48,444 bases of DNA, taken from assembly GCA_003250155.1 (NCBI GenBank), contig QKHE01000090.1:1-48444 (forward strand). The letters run 5' to 3'. This document shows, one piece after another, positions 46,691 through 48,444 of this stretch. Both the position numbers and the translations under genes were made by a program. The notes beneath the pieces are model-generated. The model was given only the letters and a program-made list of their open reading frames with translations, did no database searches and was not told the DNA's origin. This stretch comes from Chloroflexota bacterium. GTDB lineage: Bacteria > Chloroflexota > Limnocylindria > Limnocylindrales > CSP1-4. Each line of letters starts with the position of its first letter. Positions within the stretch are counted from its first letter, which is position 1.

Positions 46691-48444
46691 GTGCTCGCTC
46701 CGCGGACGCGCTGGCGCTTCCCAGAACCCATTCCGCTCGACGACGCCCTGATCGCGGCGGGCGCCCGACACGACCTCGGCGTCCGGGTGACGGCCCTCCT
46801 CGCGGCGCGCGGGGTGACCGATGCGGCCGCCCTCGAATCGTTCATCGGCGAGCCTCGGTCCGGGCTGCACGATCCGGCCTCGCTGCCCGACGCGGCGGTC
46901 TTCCGTGACCGGATCGTACGGGCCCGGGAGCGTGGCGAGCCGGTGCTGGCGTTCGGCGACTTCGACGCCGATGGGATCACCGGCCTGGCGATCCTGACGC
47001 TCAGCCTGCGCCGGCTCGGGGTAACGGTCGTGCCGTACGTCCCGTCGCGGCTGGACGAGGGCCACGGGCTGTCGCTGGCGGCCGTGGAGGCGGCATCGGC
47101 GGCGGGCGCCGGTGTCATCGTGACCGTCGACACCGGCACCTCGAGCGCCGCGGAGGTGGCCGCCGCCAACGAGCGCGGCATCGACGTGCTCGTGACCGAC
47201 CATCACCGCGTCCCGGCGACGCTCCCGCCAGCCTTGGCCATCGTGAACCCGCATCGCCCGGACGGCCGCTACCCCGAGCGGCGGCTGGCCGGCAGCGGCG
47301 TCGCGTTCACGCTCGCGCGACTCCTGCTCGGCGATGCCGCCCTCGCGTTCGTCGACCTGGCCGCGATCGGGACCGTCGCCGACCTCGCGCCGGTGCTCGG
47401 CGAGAACCGTGCGATCGTGCGGCTCGGCCTCGAGCGCATTCGAGCGGACCCACGGCCCGGGTTGCGGGCGCTGCTGGCGGCCGCCCGAATCGAGCCTGGG
47501 GACGTCGATCTCGAGACCCTCGCCTTCGCCGTCGCCCCGCGCCTGAACGCGGCCGGGCGGGTTGGCGAGGCGTTCGATGCCGCCGCCCTCCTGCTGGCCG
47601 ACGACCCGGTCGAGGCCGAGCGCCTCGCGGCGCGGCTCGAATCGGCAAACGCCACGCGTCGCGAGCTGATGCGGGACGCGATCGCCGCGGCGCGAACCTC
47701 GCCCGACGCCGTCGGCGACGCAGCGGCGACGATCGTCCGGGGCCCGTGGCCGGTCGGGATCGTGGGGCTCGTCGCGTCGCGGCTGGTGGAGGAGCGCGGC
47801 CGACCGGCGATCGTCGGCGCCGAGCTCGGGGCGGTGATCCGGGCGTCGTGTCGCAGCGACGGCCGGCTCCACCTCGCCGACACCCTGGCCGAGTGCGAGG
47901 ACCTGCTGCTGCGCCATGGCGGCCATGGCGGCGCTGCCGGGTTCGAGATCGCGACGGACCAGTGGCCGGTGTTCCGGGATCGCTTCCTGTCGCTCGTCGG
48001 CGAGCCTCCACCGGGCGACGTGACCCCCGAATCGACGATCGACGTCGCCGTCCCGGCGCTGGGTGTCGACTATGCCCTGCAGCGCGATCTCGCGCGGCTC
48101 GGGCCGTGCGGGATCGGCAACCCCGAGCCCCTCGTCGCCGTCCTGGGCCTCACGGTGATGCGGGTCCGGGAGGCCAACGGTGGCCACACGACACTCGTCC
48201 TGCGGCGGGAGCGGGACGTCCTTGACGGGGTCGCCTTCGGCTGGCCCGAGCTCGCCGCCATGGTGCGCGAGGGCGACCGGATCGACGTCGTCGGGGCGCT
48301 TCGGAGCCGGCGCTTCGGCGGCTTCGAATCACTCCAGCTGGAGATCCGGGACGCGGCGCCGTCGGGCTACCACGCCGAGGCCCGGGCAATCCTTGAGGGC
48401 CCGGTCGCCGTCGGGCCCGGCGTGTCGGGCGGGGCGCCGGCCCG
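46691..48444 (+). CDS. recJ: Single-stranded DNA exonuclease RecJ; 3'-truncated, not in ORF track
   Basis: Manual translation from GTG 46691: MLAPRTRWRF...LHDP...FGDFDADG, EGHGLS, TVDTG, TDHH, VNP, LAGSGVA, GTVADL..V.GENR, PRLNAAGR, GGHGGAAG, GNPEP. Follows secDF as is common. Confidence 0.93.
   Translation, partial: MLAPRTRWRFPEPIPLDDALIAAGARHDLGVRVTALLAARGVTDAAALESFIGEPRSGLHDPASLPDAAVFRDRIVRARERGEPVLAFGDFDADGITGLAILTLSLRRLGVTVVPYVPSRLDEGHGLSLAAVEAASAAGAGVIVTVDTGTSSAAEVAAANERGIDVLVTDHHRVPATLPPALAIVNPHRPDGRYPERRLAGSGVAFTLARLLLGDAALAFVDLAAIGTVADLAPVLGENRAIVRLGLERIRADPRPGLRALLAAARIEPGDVDLETLAFAVAPRLNAAGRVGEAFDAAALLLADDPVEAERLAARLESANATRRELMRDAIAAARTSPDAVGDAAATIVRGPWPVGIVGLVASRLVEERGRPAIVGAELGAVIRASCRSDGRLHLADTLAECEDLLLRHGGHGGAAGFEIATDQWPVFRDRFLSLVGEPPPGDVTPESTIDVAVPALGVDYALQRDLARLGPCGIGNPEPLVAVLGLTVMRVREANGGHTTLVLRRERDVLDGVAFGWPELAAMVREGDRIDVVGALRSRRFGGFESLQLEIRDAAPSGYHAEARAILEGPVAVGPGVSGGAPA

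Overview
Very GC-rich (roughly 70%+) bacterial chromosome segment, mostly housekeeping. I see no CRISPR array, rRNA, transposase, integrase or prophage gene. The gene set and the GAAC-N4-GTTC SOS boxes fit a high-GC monoderm, most plausibly Chloroflexota (Limnocylindria-like); that assignment is inference. The backbone is a dense replication/repair cluster: dnaE, polA-mutM-(ABC-F)-coaE, uvrB, uvrA, a compact UvrD-like helicase, uvrC, secD-secF-recJ. Interspersed are tRNA-Leu(CAA), a phosphotriesterase-family hydrolase, an ECF sigma factor followed by two paralogous membrane anti-sigma-like genes, an orphan cpaB/rcpC, a NarL-type two-component system beside a secreted HYR/Ig protein and DUF4242, pyk, and a PhnDCEE-type ABC importer near HAD, dGTPase-like and secreted 5'-nucleotidase genes. 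Best candidates for undescribed biology: (1) the ECF + double anti-sigma module with two GGGAAC-N17-CGTCTG promoters and a non-canonical HxxH...CxxC motif; (2) a leaderless (core genes) versus SD-leadered (secreted genes) split; (3) a PhnDCEE importer with no phosphonate catabolism whose leader shares an element with the nucleotidase leader; (4) a 78-aa secreted His-rich peptide with an EF-hand-like loop. Several ORF-track starts are corrected, and two genes missing from the track (DUF1059-like, recJ) are added.
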